From positions 31,762-95,761 of the forward strand of contig CALXPN010000002.1 in the NCBI GenBank assembly GCA_944390285.1: 64,000 nt of DNA. The letters run 5' to 3'. The position numbers and the translations under genes are program-made. Source of the DNA: an uncultured Clostridia bacterium. GTDB lineage: Bacteria; Bacillota; Clostridia; TANB77; CAG-508. Position 1 is the first letter of the stretch. The number at the start of each line of letters is the position of its first letter. This document shows, piece by piece, positions 48,026-57,984 of this stretch. The notes beneath the pieces are model-generated. The model saw only the letters and a program-made list of their open reading frames with translations. It was not told where the DNA came from and ran no database searches.

Positions 48026-48248
48026 TTATTTTATCCCCATATTTAAATACTATATTTTCTAAATCTTTTGCTGTACCTTTGTATAATTTTTCTTTATCCT
48101 GAAGTATTTCTTCTAATTGTTGTTTTAATTCTTCATTTTTGGAATCTTTAGAAATCTTAATATTTAAATCTGCTATCATTTTATTTAACTTATTTACAAT
48201 TACTACAAAACTTGTATTATTATTCATTAAAAACTCTCTTTCTTTCAT
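48018..48248 (-). CDS. Small protein (76 aa) translationally coupled upstream of the zeta-like kinase; possible antitoxin
   Basis: Position and overlap only; no family recognised. Confidence 0.3.
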   Translation of the reverse strand: MKEREFLMNNNTSFVVIVNKLNKMIADLNIKISKDSKNEELKQQLEEILQDKEKLYKGTAKDLENIVFKYGDKING

Positions 48249-48350
48249 TATTTATAATATGTTACCATATACTAAATAAAATATCTATACTTTTAATAAA
48301 TTTTACTCTAAAAAAATACTTAAAACATAATATGTTTTAAGTATTTTTCA

Positions 48351-49742
48351 CTAAAATTCACAATTTTTTGGTGTTCTTGGAAATGGTATAACATCACGAA
48401 TGTTTTGCATTCCTGTAATATACATCATTAATCTTTCAAATCCTAAACCAAATCCACTATGTGGTACACTTCCATATTTTCTTAAATCTAAGTACCACCA
48501 ATAATCTTTTTCATCCATATTTAAGTCTTTTATTTTACTTTGTAATTTCTCTAAATTATCTTCTCTTTGACTTCCTCCAATTATTTCACCTATTCCAGGA
48601 GCTAAAAGATCAGCAGCTGCAACTGTTTTTCCATCTTGATTTAATTTCATATAAAAAGCTTTTATTTCTTGAGGATAATCTGTAACAAAAACTGGTTTTT
48701 TGAAAATATTTTCACTTAAATATCTTTCATGTTCTGTTTGAAGATCTACTCCCCAACTAACTTTATATTCAAATTCATCATTATGTTTTTCTAGTTCTTT
48801 TACTGCATCTGTATAAGTAATTCTTCCAAATTCTGAATTTACTACATTATTTAATCTTTCTAATAAGCCTTTATCTATAAAATTATTAAAAAATTCCATT
48901 TCTTCTGGACAATTCTCTAAAACATAATTTATAACATATTTTAACATATTTTCAGCTAAATCCATATCATCTTTTAAATCTGCAAAACAAATTTCAGGTT
49001 CTATCATCCAAAATTCTGCTGCATGTTTTACTGTGTTTGAATTTTCTGCTCTAAAAGTTGGTCCAAAAGTATAAACATTTCTGAAAGCAAAAGCATAAGT
49101 TTCAACATTAAGTTGTCCACTTACTGTAAGATGTGCTTGTTTTCCAAAAAAGTCTTTTGAAAAATCCACCTTTCCATCTTCTGTTTTAGGTACATTATTT
49201 AAATCAAATGTATTTAAATTAAACATTTCACCTGCGCCTTCTGCATCACTTCCTGTAATTATTGGTGTATGCACATATACAAAATTATTTTCTTGAAAAA
49301 ATTTGTGTATAGCATATGATAATACTGAACGAACCCTAAATACTGCATTAAAAGTGTTTGTTCTTGGTCTTAAATGAGATATCGTTCTTAAATATTCCAT
49401 TGTATGTCTTTTCTTTTGTAATGGATAATCTGATGCAGATATTGCTATTATTTTTACTTCTTTTGCTTTTATTTCAAAAGGTTGTTTTGCATTTTCTGTT
49501 TTTACTAAAATCCCAGTTACTTCTATTGATGAACTTATTGTTAATTTACGTATTTCTTCAAAATTAGATAAAGAATCATCAAATACAATTTGTAGATTTT
49601 TAAAAAATGATCCATCATTTAATTCGATAAATCCAAAACTTTTTGAATCTCTAACAGTTCTTATCCAACCTGAAACTTGTATTTCTTTTTCAAAAAATTT
49701 TTCTTTGTTTCTATATAAATCTTTTATTAAAACACTACTCAT
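48351..49742 (-). CDS. asnS: Asparagine--tRNA ligase
   Basis: 463 aa; N-terminal OB-fold anticodon-binding domain and class IIb motifs; GGAGG RBS. Confidence 0.9.
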   Translation of the reverse strand: MSSVLIKDLYRNKEKFFEKEIQVSGWIRTVRDSKSFGFIELNDGSFFKNLQIVFDDSLSNFEEIRKLTISSSIEVTGILVKTENAKQPFEIKAKEVKIIAISASDYPLQKKRHTMEYLRTISHLRPRTNTFNAVFRVRSVLSYAIHKFFQENNFVYVHTPIITGSDAEGAGEMFNLNTFDLNNVPKTEDGKVDFSKDFFGKQAHLTVSGQLNVETYAFAFRNVYTFGPTFRAENSNTVKHAAEFWMIEPEICFADLKDDMDLAENMLKYVINYVLENCPEEMEFFNNFIDKGLLERLNNVVNSEFGRITYTDAVKELEKHNDEFEYKVSWGVDLQTEHERYLSENIFKKPVFVTDYPQEIKAFYMKLNQDGKTVAAADLLAPGIGEIIGGSQREDNLEKLQSKIKDLNMDEKDYWWYLDLRKYGSVPHSGFGLGFERLMMYITGMQNIRDVIPFPRTPKNCEF

Positions 49743-49802
49743 AAAATTCCTCCATTACTTACATTTTGTATTATATAAGATTTTCCTCTAATTTTCAATA
49801 TC

Positions 49803-50744
49803 TCAACTGAATTTTATTTTCCTTGTTTCATCTATTTGTTCAAATCCAATTCTTTTATACACAGAAATTGCTGGTTGATTTTTAGAATTTACATGTAAAA
49901 CTATAAACTTATATCCATCTTTTAGCAATTTTTCACAAAGTGCATAAACGCATCTTTTAGCATATCCATTCCCTCTAAATCTCTCTGGTGTAATTACTCC
50001 TCCTATTGCAGTACTATTTACTTGTTTTCTAACAGTAACCGCTTGACTCACAATTTCATTTCTTTCATTTCTCAAAACATATAATCCCTTTTTTATAAAG
50101 ATTTTTGCAACTTTATTTGCTTCTTCATCCGAACAATATGCTCCATGATAAGTATCTTTATACATTTCTTTTACATTATTTTCTATTTTTTCAAGTTCTT
50201 GTTCATTTTCTATTTTCTCTAGTTTTTCTCCTGATTTTAAAATATGTTCTTCATTAAATTTATCAAATTTAAAAATTTGAACTACTTCTCCTTTTTTCAT
50301 TTCTGTATTTGTTTTTTTACTATAAACCTCAGCAATTCTTTCAGAATTTTGTATACTTGTTAACACTTCTCTTAATTTTATATTTAAACTAATAATATTA
50401 TCAATCAAAAATTCTATTACTTTATTTTGTATAACTGCCTCTGGTGAATATACTAATAATCCTTCTTTATCATCATCTACTAAAAAAATTAATTTGATAC
50501 TTCCTCCTTCTTCTATTCTCCCCATAAGCCATTTATTTACTTTTTCTTCAGAATGTTCTAATGTAATTCCTATCATTATTTCATTTTTTGCTTCTTCGTT
50601 TAGAAGCTCTGATAAATTCTCTTCTAAAAATTCTTTTTTAGTCTCATATTTTATAAATTTCATTAAATAAATGCCCCCTAATAAATCTTTATTTATATTA
50701 TCAATGAATTGTGAAAAAAGCAAGAATTTGTTAATCTTTTCCAA
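49803..50744 (-). CDS. GNAT family N-acetyltransferase with a long N-terminal extension
   Basis: C-terminal GNAT fold (RFRGNGYAKRCVYALCEKL...ISVYKRIGFE). Confidence 0.5.
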   Translation of the reverse strand: MEKINKFLLFSQFIDNINKDLLGGIYLMKFIKYETKKEFLEENLSELLNEEAKNEIMIGITLEHSEEKVNKWLMGRIEEGGSIKLIFLVDDDKEGLLVYSPEAVIQNKVIEFLIDNIISLNIKLREVLTSIQNSERIAEVYSKKTNTEMKKGEVVQIFKFDKFNEEHILKSGEKLEKIENEQELEKIENNVKEMYKDTYHGAYCSDEEANKVAKIFIKKGLYVLRNERNEIVSQAVTVRKQVNSTAIGGVITPERFRGNGYAKRCVYALCEKLLKDGYKFIVLHVNSKNQPAISVYKRIGFEQIDETRKIKFS

Positions 50745-50760
50745 ATTCTTGCTCTTAATT

Positions 50761-51111
50761 TTAATTATCTAATCCAAAACTTATTCCTATAGCATCATTT
50801 ACCCTACTCATAACTACATTATCATTTATATGTCCTATCTTTTCTTTTAATCTACTTTTATCTATTGTTCTTATCTGTTCTGTTAAAACAACAGAATCAG
50901 ATTTTAAGCCATTATTATCAGATCCTATTTCTATATGAGTAGGTAGCTTATTTTTTCCAGTTTGCGACGTAATTGCTGCAGCTATAACAGTTGGACTATA
51001 TTTATTTCCAGTGTCATTTTGTATTATCAATACTGGTCTTATTCCTCCTTGTTCAGATCCTACCACTGGACTTAAATCTGCATAAAACATATCTCCTCTT
51101 TTTATTACCAT
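50761..51111 (-). CDS. mazF: MazF/PemK-family endoribonuclease toxin (NdoA-like)
   Basis: [50 protein letters not shown] is near-canonical MazF/EndoA. Confidence 0.75.
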   Translation of the reverse strand: MVIKRGDMFYADLSPVVGSEQGGIRPVLIIQNDTGNKYSPTVIAAAITSQTGKNKLPTHIEIGSDNNGLKSDSVVLTEQIRTIDKSRLKEKIGHINDNVVMSRVNDAIGISFGLDN

Positions 51112-51163
51112 AACTTCTCTCCTATTAATTTACATATAGAATAGAATTGTTGACATATTAAAA

Positions 51164-51763
51164 TTATTTAATTTTTATATCATTATATATTATGCGTATA
51201 CAAGCCTTTTTGGTATTATCTTTCATGATTAATTCTGTTGGAAGATTTGTTTTTTTATCTAAATATAGTTCTTTATATTTTATATATGTACTAGAATTAT
51301 TATTTAAAATTGTTTCTAAAATTATTTTTTCATTTTTTTCATAAAATTTAAAATTATTATTTTCACAATCTTTTGTAAATTTATTTAAAAATAAATCATT
51401 ATTTAAAATGCCATCATATTCTTCATAAATTTTTTCCATATTTATTTTTGTATTTGTTATTTTTAATGTATTATCATTTATTTCTATAATCATATCTTTT
51501 ATATTTTCTGGACTATTAATAATTGTCTTACTATTTTTTTCAGAAACTTCTTGAAACATCTCATAATTATTTTCATTTTTATTTGTTGTAATAGTTACTA
51601 AAATATTTGCTTCATAATTATTAAATTTATTTAAAATATTATCAACAATTTCATTTTGATTTCTAAATTTATTATTACCAAAACTAGAAAAAATATAATA
51701 AATTATTAAAAAAATTGATATACAAATAAAAACAAAAACAAACATTAATTTTTTTGAATTCAT
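51164..51763 (-). CDS. Hypothetical membrane-anchored protein
   Basis: 199 aa; N-terminal TM; Asn/Lys-rich; no family recognised. Confidence 0.35.
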   Translation of the reverse strand: MNSKKLMFVFVFICISIFLIIYYIFSSFGNNKFRNQNEIVDNILNKFNNYEANILVTITTNKNENNYEMFQEVSEKNSKTIINSPENIKDMIIEINDNTLKITNTKINMEKIYEEYDGILNNDLFLNKFTKDCENNNFKFYEKNEKIILETILNNNSSTYIKYKELYLDKKTNLPTELIMKDNTKKACIRIIYNDIKIK

Positions 51764-51872
51764 ACTTCACTCCAAAATTCGATAAAATTTTAATTTAAAT
51801 AATTATATTAAAATTTATTATTCAAATTTTCTATATATGACTTTTAAATTAATATTTGTTTTTATTATTTTT

Positions 51873-52859
51873 CTATTTCTCTATCTCTCTAAAATAAGCT
51901 TTTAAAATTTCTTCAAATTCTTCTTTTGATTCAAGCTTATTTATTTTTTCTCTCATTATGCTAGCATTTGGCAGTCCTTTTATATACCAAGCTATATGTT
52001 TTCTTATTTCTCTTGTAGCTGTATATTCTCCTTTTTCTTTTAATACTAAATTAAAATGTTCTAATATAACTTCATATTTTTCATTATTTGAAATCTCTGG
52101 TAGTTTCTTATTATTTTCTAAATAATATAAAATTTTCTTAAAAATCCATGGATTTCCTAACGATGCTCTTCCTATCATAATCCCATCTACTCCTGTTTCT
52201 TCAAACATTTTGATTGCATCTTCTTCGCATTTTATATCTCCATTACCAATTACAGGTATTTTTACAGCATCTTTTACATCTTTTATTATTTTCCAATCAG
52301 CTATTCCAGAATAAAATTCAGTTCTAGTTCTCCCATGAATAATTATTGCATTTGCTCCTGCATTCTCAATAATTTTCGCTACTTCTACAGCAACTATGTG
52401 TTCTTTATCCCAACCTTTTCTTATTTTTACTGTAACTGGCTTCTTAGACTTTTTTACAACTTCTTTTACTATATTTTCTACTAACTCTAAATCTAATAAT
52501 AATTTACTTCCATCGCCATTTTTTACAACTTTAGGCGCTGGACATCCCATATTAATATCTACTATATCTGCATAATTTGATATAAATTCAGCTCCCTTTC
52601 CCATTGTTTCTGGTTCACTTCCAAAGATTTGCATTGATATTGGCTTTTCTTCTAATTCCGTTTTTAACATACTAAGTGTTTTTGAATCTTTATATACAAT
52701 TGCTTTACTGCTTACCATTTCATTACAAACAAGACCTGGGTTTCCATATTTTTTACAAATTTTCCTAAATGGTAAATCTGTTATTCCAGCCATTGGTGCT
52801 AATATTATATTATTTTCTAATTCTACATCTCCTATTTTTAATTTTTTTAAATATCTCAT
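51873..52859 (-). CDS. dusB: tRNA-dihydrouridine synthase
   Basis: LAPMAGITDLPFRKICKKYG N-terminal Dus motif; TIM-barrel FMN enzyme. Confidence 0.8.
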   Translation of the reverse strand: MRYLKKLKIGDVELENNIILAPMAGITDLPFRKICKKYGNPGLVCNEMVSSKAIVYKDSKTLSMLKTELEEKPISMQIFGSEPETMGKGAEFISNYADIVDINMGCPAPKVVKNGDGSKLLLDLELVENIVKEVVKKSKKPVTVKIRKGWDKEHIVAVEVAKIIENAGANAIIIHGRTRTEFYSGIADWKIIKDVKDAVKIPVIGNGDIKCEEDAIKMFEETGVDGIMIGRASLGNPWIFKKILYYLENNKKLPEISNNEKYEVILEHFNLVLKEKGEYTATREIRKHIAWYIKGLPNASIMREKINKLESKEEFEEILKAYFREIEK

Positions 52860-52934
52860 CTTATCATCCTATTTCATATTTCAATATTCATTATTAAGAA
52901 AAATACTGCGTATATGGCGCAGTATCTAAAACTT

Positions 52935-54041
52935 TTATTCAACAAAAATTGCTTTTTGTCTTCTACTACTAATATTTAATAATAATCCTATACATATAAA
53001 GTTCGTAACAAGAGAACTACCACCATAACTTACAAAAGGTAATGGTACTCCTGTTATAGGTAACAATCCTATTGTCATTCCAATATTTTCTGCCATATGG
53101 AAAAAGAATATTCCTGCTATTCCTATTGCTATATATGAACCTATATTATCTTTTGCAGTTTTAGCAACATATATAGCTTTTGTAACTAATACTATATATA
53201 AAATTGTTACACTACCTGTTGCTATAAATCCCATTTCTTCTCCTATAACAGAAAAAATAAAATCTGTTGTTTTAGGATGTAAAAATCCAAGTTGAGTTTG
53301 GTTTCCTTTAAATAATCCCATACCAAAAATTTCTCCTGCACCAATTGCAAGTTTTGATTGTATAATATTATAACCAGCACCTCTTGGATCTAAATCTGGA
53401 TTTAAAAATACTTTGATTCTATTTATAGCATATTCTGGAAGATTATTATATATAATTGGTAATGCTATAGCAAGTAATATAAGTGCTAAAATTATATATT
53501 TTTTATCTATTCCTGAAACAAATAACATAAATATAATAGCAACCATATATGCTATTGCTGTACCATTATCTGGTTCTAATACTATTAAACCTACTGGTAT
53601 GGCAGCCATTATAAGTATTATTAATAATTTCCAAATTTTATTTATTTCTCTTTTTCCTCTTATTTGCATTTTATTTATTAGAAAAGCCAAAAATAGAATC
53701 GTAATAACCTTACCAATTTCAGATGGTTGAAAAGACATCGATTCACCAAATCTAAACCAACTCCTAGCACCACTAATAGGCTCTGTAAACAAAACTCCAA
53801 TTAAAAGTGCAATTAAAATTATATATGCAAGGCTTGAAAATCTTATAATAACATTATAATCTATTAAAAATGCTAAAATAAGAAATGGTATACTTATAGC
53901 TATCCATTGAAGTTGTTTTTTGAATTCATCATATTCTGTACTTTGAGTTGCTGAAAATAAAGCTATTAATCCTATTATTGTTAAAATTACACTCACAATA
54001 AGTATTACCCATTCTGTGTTTTTAAGTAATTTTTTTCCCAT
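52935..54041 (-). CDS. rodA: SEDS-family peptidoglycan glycosyltransferase (RodA/FtsW)
   Basis: 368 aa; 10 TM helices; conserved SEDS blocks (GARSWFRFG..., PITGVPLPFVSYGGSS); located after minDE. Confidence 0.8.
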   Translation of the reverse strand: MGKKLLKNTEWVILIVSVILTIIGLIALFSATQSTEYDEFKKQLQWIAISIPFLILAFLIDYNVIIRFSSLAYIILIALLIGVLFTEPISGARSWFRFGESMSFQPSEIGKVITILFLAFLINKMQIRGKREINKIWKLLIILIMAAIPVGLIVLEPDNGTAIAYMVAIIFMLFVSGIDKKYIILALILLAIALPIIYNNLPEYAINRIKVFLNPDLDPRGAGYNIIQSKLAIGAGEIFGMGLFKGNQTQLGFLHPKTTDFIFSVIGEEMGFIATGSVTILYIVLVTKAIYVAKTAKDNIGSYIAIGIAGIFFFHMAENIGMTIGLLPITGVPLPFVSYGGSSLVTNFICIGLLLNISSRRQKAIFVE

Positions 54042-54053
54042 TAAATATACTCC

Positions 54054-54731
54054 CTAATTATTTTTCTTTGTTTTTTCCTTAGTTTTAGTATTTTTAGTAT
54101 TTTTTGTGTTTTTAGAACTTTTATTTGTCTCATCAGCTTTTTTTTCTAAAGTTTCGTCTGAATTTTTATTTGCATCTCTATCAGCTGCTTCTGCTGCTTT
54201 TAACAAATCATCAAATGTAACATCATCATCATCGTCATCATCTACTTCTTCAAAAACTTCTTTAATTTCTTCTACTTCTATTTCTTTATCACTTTCTGAA
54301 TGTTCTTGAGTACTGTCTGAAAGCTCTATCACTTCTGGAGTTTTTACTTCTTTTTTCTCTTCTTTAGTGGGTATTCCCATTTCTTTATTAAAATCTACAC
54401 CTTCAAAATCTTTAATTTTTTCTGCCATCATATCATTTTTTATATTCACAATTGGAATATTAGCATATAATGATGGTGCTCCATTTGTTCCATCATCATT
54501 TGTCTGATTTGTAAGTCTTACATCTATTAAATCTTCATCTACTACTATATATTTTTTTATAACATCTATTATTTCTTGTTTCATAAGCTCTAAAAAATCT
54601 GCTGATACATTTGCTCTATCTTGCATTAAAACCAAATGTAATCTTTCTTTTGCTGCATCTTTTGATCCTAATTCTTTTTGCTGTTCTGTTTTTACCATTC
54701 TTTTGAAAAAATGACCTAAATTTTCAAACAT
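54054..54731 (-). CDS. minE: Cell division topological specificity factor MinE with an approximately 130-aa acidic/Lys-rich C-terminal extension
   Basis: N-terminal about 90 aa is canonical MinE (MFENLGHFFKR...ERLHLVLMQDR); the remainder is low complexity (DDDDDDD, KNTKNTKNTK). Confidence 0.6.
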   Translation of the reverse strand: MFENLGHFFKRMVKTEQQKELGSKDAAKERLHLVLMQDRANVSADFLELMKQEIIDVIKKYIVVDEDLIDVRLTNQTNDDGTNGAPSLYANIPIVNIKNDMMAEKIKDFEGVDFNKEMGIPTKEEKKEVKTPEVIELSDSTQEHSESDKEIEVEEIKEVFEEVDDDDDDDVTFDDLLKAAEAADRDANKNSDETLEKKADETNKSSKNTKNTKNTKTKEKTKKNN

Positions 54732-54758
54732 TATCTTATCTTACCTCCAACATTTTAT

Positions 54759-55553
54759 CTATCCTCTTCCAAAAAGTCTTCTAAGACCTGCAAAAAAACC
54801 TTTTTCTTTGCCTGGAACTGTAACTTCTATATTTTCTCCTAATAATCTTCTTGAAATCTCTATATATGCTTTTCCTGAAGGAGCCCTTTTATTTGAAATT
54901 ACTGGCTCTCCTTTATTTGTCTGTGTTATAACATTTTCATCATCTGGTACAACACCAATCAAATCAATCGCTAATAAATCTACAATATCATTTACATCCA
55001 TCATTTCTCCTCTTTTTACCATTGTAGGTCTTAATCTATTAACAATTAATTCTGGATTTTTTATTTCTGATGATTCTAGTAATCCAATAATTCTGTCAGC
55101 ATCTCTAATAGCAGAAATTTCAGCTGTAGTAACAACTAAAGCTCTATCTGCACCTGCAATTGCATTTTTAAATCCTTGTTCTATTCCAGCTGGACAATCT
55201 ATTAAGACAAAATCAAATTCTTCCTTTAGCCTTTTTATAAGATTTATCATTTGTTCTTCATTTATAGCATTTTTATCTCTTGTTTGAGCTGCTGGAAGTA
55301 AAAAAAGTTCTTTAAATCTTTTGTCTTTTATTAAAGCTTGTCTTAATTTACATTTTTCTTCTATAACATCTACTAAATCGTATACTATTCTATTCTCAAG
55401 TCCTAAAACAACATCTAGGTTCCTAAGTCCAATATCTGTATCTACCAAAGCAACCCTTTTTCCTGCTAAAGCTAATGCTGAGCCTAAATTTGCTGTAGTT
55501 GTTGTTTTACCAACTCCACCTTTTCCTGATGTAATAACGATTACCTCTCCCAT
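54759..55553 (-). CDS. minD: Septum site-determining protein MinD
   Basis: Deviant Walker A SGKGGVGKTT; C-terminal amphipathic membrane-targeting helix KGFFAGLRRLFG. Confidence 0.9.
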   Translation of the reverse strand: MGEVIVITSGKGGVGKTTTTANLGSALALAGKRVALVDTDIGLRNLDVVLGLENRIVYDLVDVIEEKCKLRQALIKDKRFKELFLLPAAQTRDKNAINEEQMINLIKRLKEEFDFVLIDCPAGIEQGFKNAIAGADRALVVTTAEISAIRDADRIIGLLESSEIKNPELIVNRLRPTMVKRGEMMDVNDIVDLLAIDLIGVVPDDENVITQTNKGEPVISNKRAPSGKAYIEISRRLLGENIEVTVPGKEKGFFAGLRRLFGRG

Positions 55554-55823
55554 TAAACTTCCTCCTTAAAAACTCCTATCATTTAATCATCGTTTTTTAA
55601 ACATATATATCTTATATGTTTTTTCGTCAAAAGTCAATGAATTCAGATATATTTTTGTAATATTTTTGTAATAATAATATGAATATTTATTCTCTTATAA
55701 GCTTTTATATTGACTTTCCCTAAAAAAAAATATATACTTAGCTTGTAAAATTTTAAAATTAAAACAACTTAAGTGAACGATCTACAGTTTATACATAATA
55801 TTATTCTAAAACAGGAGGTTACT

Positions 55824-56402
55824 ATGAGTAATTTAATTGAAATCAGATGGCATGGTAGAGGTGGTCAAGGTGCTAAAACAGCTTCACTTCTTCTAGCAGA
55901 TGCAGCCTTCAACACTGGTAAATATATTCAAGGTTTTCCTGAATATGGACCAGAAAGAATGGGTGCTCCTATTACAGCTTATAACCGTATTAGTGATACA
56001 CCTATAACAGTTCATTCAAACATTTATGAACCAGATTATGTTGTTGTTGTTGATGATACACTTTTAGAATGTGTAGATGTTACAGCAGGTCTTAAATCAA
56101 CAGGTGCAATAATAGTTAACACAACAAAAGATAATGATGAACTAAAACAATTATTAAAAGGTTATTCAGGAGAAATTTACAAAATTGATGCAAGAAAAAT
56201 ATCTATGGAAACATTAGGAAAATATTTTCCAAATACTCCAATGCTTGCAGCAGTTGTAAAAGTTAGTGGAATTATGTCTGATGAAGCATTTTTAGAAGAT
56301 ATGGTTGGTTCTTTCAAACATAAATTTGCTAAAAAACCTGAAGTTATTGATGGAAATATGAAAGCTTTAGAAATGGCTTTGAAAGAAGTTACTAAAGTTT
56401 AG
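55824..56402 (+). CDS. porC: 2-oxoacid:ferredoxin oxidoreductase gamma subunit (pyruvate/ketoisovalerate type)
   Basis: MSNLIEIRWHGRGGQGAKTASLLLA typical gamma subunit. ATG at 55824 follows AGGAGG; the track start at 55773 is probably too early. Confidence 0.7.
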   Translation: MSNLIEIRWHGRGGQGAKTASLLLADAAFNTGKYIQGFPEYGPERMGAPITAYNRISDTPITVHSNIYEPDYVVVVDDTLLECVDVTAGLKSTGAIIVNTTKDNDELKQLLKGYSGEIYKIDARKISMETLGKYFPNTPMLAAVVKVSGIMSDEAFLEDMVGSFKHKFAKKPEVIDGNMKALEMALKEVTKV

Positions 56403-56416
56403 AAAGGAGCTTATTT

Positions 56417-56707
56417 ATGACAGAGGATAAATTAAATCCAAATACACCTATGGAAGATCTTACAATAGGTGGAAATATTTATACAGCTGGAAATGCAAAA
56501 GAATTTAAAACTGGTGATTGGCGTTCTTCAAAGCCTATTTTTATTCCAGAACTTTGCAAACAATGTGGTCTTTGTTTCCCTGTTTGCCCTGAAGATGCTA
56601 TTCCAGTGAACAAAGATTTAAAAAGAGAAGATTTCAATTATGATGCTTGTAAAGGATGCGGTGTTTGCGCTAAAGTATGTCCTTTTAAAGCTATTGAAAT
56701 GAAATAA
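56417..56707 (+). CDS. porD: 2-oxoacid:ferredoxin oxidoreductase delta subunit (2x[4Fe-4S] ferredoxin)
   Basis: CKQCGLCFPVCP and CKGCGVCAKVCP motifs. Confidence 0.75.
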   Translation: MTEDKLNPNTPMEDLTIGGNIYTAGNAKEFKTGDWRSSKPIFIPELCKQCGLCFPVCPEDAIPVNKDLKREDFNYDACKGCGVCAKVCPFKAIEMK

Positions 56708-56740
56708 CTCAAAAATAATAATAGAAAGGAAATAAAAATT

Positions 56741-57925
56741 ATGGGAATTAGAGAAAGATTAAGTGGTAATGAAGCTGCTGCTATTGCAATGAAACAAATT
56801 AATCCAGATGTTGTTGCTGCTTTTCCTATCACACCTTCAACAGAAATACCTCAATATTTTTCAAGTTTTGTAAGTAATGGTCAAGTAGATACAGAGTTTG
56901 TTGCTGTTGAAAGTGAACACAGTGCTATGAGTGCTTGTATTGGTGCTGAAGCTGCAGGTGCCAGAGCAATGACAGCTACTTCTGCAAATGGTTTATCTTT
57001 AATGTGGGAAATGATTTATATAGCCTCAAGTTTAAGATTACCAATAGTAATGTCATTAGTTAATAGAGCAGTTTCAGGTCCTTTAAATATTCATAATGAT
57101 CATTCAGATGCTATGGGAGTTAGAGATGCAGGATGGATAATGTTATTTTCTGAAAATAATCAAGAAGCTTATGACAATTTATTAATGGCTCACAGAATTG
57201 CTGAAAATAAAGATGTTTTACTACCTTTAATGGTATGTCAAGATGGATTTATAACATCACATTCAATAGAAAATATTGAGCTATTAGAAGATGATAAAGT
57301 AAAAGCTTTTGTTGGAAAATATAAACCAGAACATTATTTATTAAATGACAAAGAACCTATAGCAGTTGGACCTTTAGATGTTCAAAGTTATCTTTTTGAA
57401 CATAAAGCTCAACAAGCTGAAGCTATGAAAAATGCAAAAAAAGTTATTTTAGAAGTTTCAAAAGAATTCGAAGAATTAACTGGTAGAAAATACGAATTTT
57501 TTGAAAAATATAAAATGGAAGATAGTGAACTTGTTATAGTTTGTATGAACTCTACTGCTGGAACTGCAAAAGCCGCTATTGATGAATTAAGAGCTCAAGG
57601 AATTAAAGCAGGATTACTAAAAATTAGAATGTTTAGACCTTTCCCTGCAGAGGAAGTTGCAGAAAGCTTAAAAAATGCAAAAGCAATTGCAGTTTTAGAT
57701 AAAGCAGACTCTCTAAATGGTGCAGGTGGAGCATTATTTGAAGATGTAGTCTCTGGAATGTATGTATCAAATATTCATGTTCCAACTGTAAACTATGTTT
57801 ATGGAATCGGTGGTAGAGATACAACAGTTAATGAAATAAAACAAGTATATACAGATTTAGCAAAAATTGCTGAAACTGGTAATATTGGTGATCCATATAG
57901 ATATTTAGGACTAAGAAGAAAATAA
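56741..57925 (+). CDS. porA: 2-oxoacid:ferredoxin oxidoreductase alpha subunit
   Basis: 394 aa; conserved alpha-subunit blocks (GNEAAAIAMKQINPDVVAAFPITPSTEI). Confidence 0.8.
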   Translation: MGIRERLSGNEAAAIAMKQINPDVVAAFPITPSTEIPQYFSSFVSNGQVDTEFVAVESEHSAMSACIGAEAAGARAMTATSANGLSLMWEMIYIASSLRLPIVMSLVNRAVSGPLNIHNDHSDAMGVRDAGWIMLFSENNQEAYDNLLMAHRIAENKDVLLPLMVCQDGFITSHSIENIELLEDDKVKAFVGKYKPEHYLLNDKEPIAVGPLDVQSYLFEHKAQQAEAMKNAKKVILEVSKEFEELTGRKYEFFEKYKMEDSELVIVCMNSTAGTAKAAIDELRAQGIKAGLLKIRMFRPFPAEEVAESLKNAKAIAVLDKADSLNGAGGALFEDVVSGMYVSNIHVPTVNYVYGIGGRDTTVNEIKQVYTDLAKIAETGNIGDPYRYLGLRRK

Positions 57926-57984
57926 AATATAAATAATTATTTAATTTAGAAAAACCTAAATTAAATATAGAAAGGATGATAAAA

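Noticed and set aside
54808-55569. 159-aa and 82-aa ORFs antisense to minD
   Set aside because: minD is unambiguous on the minus strand; the antisense ORFs are Ser/Ile/Phe-rich artefacts.
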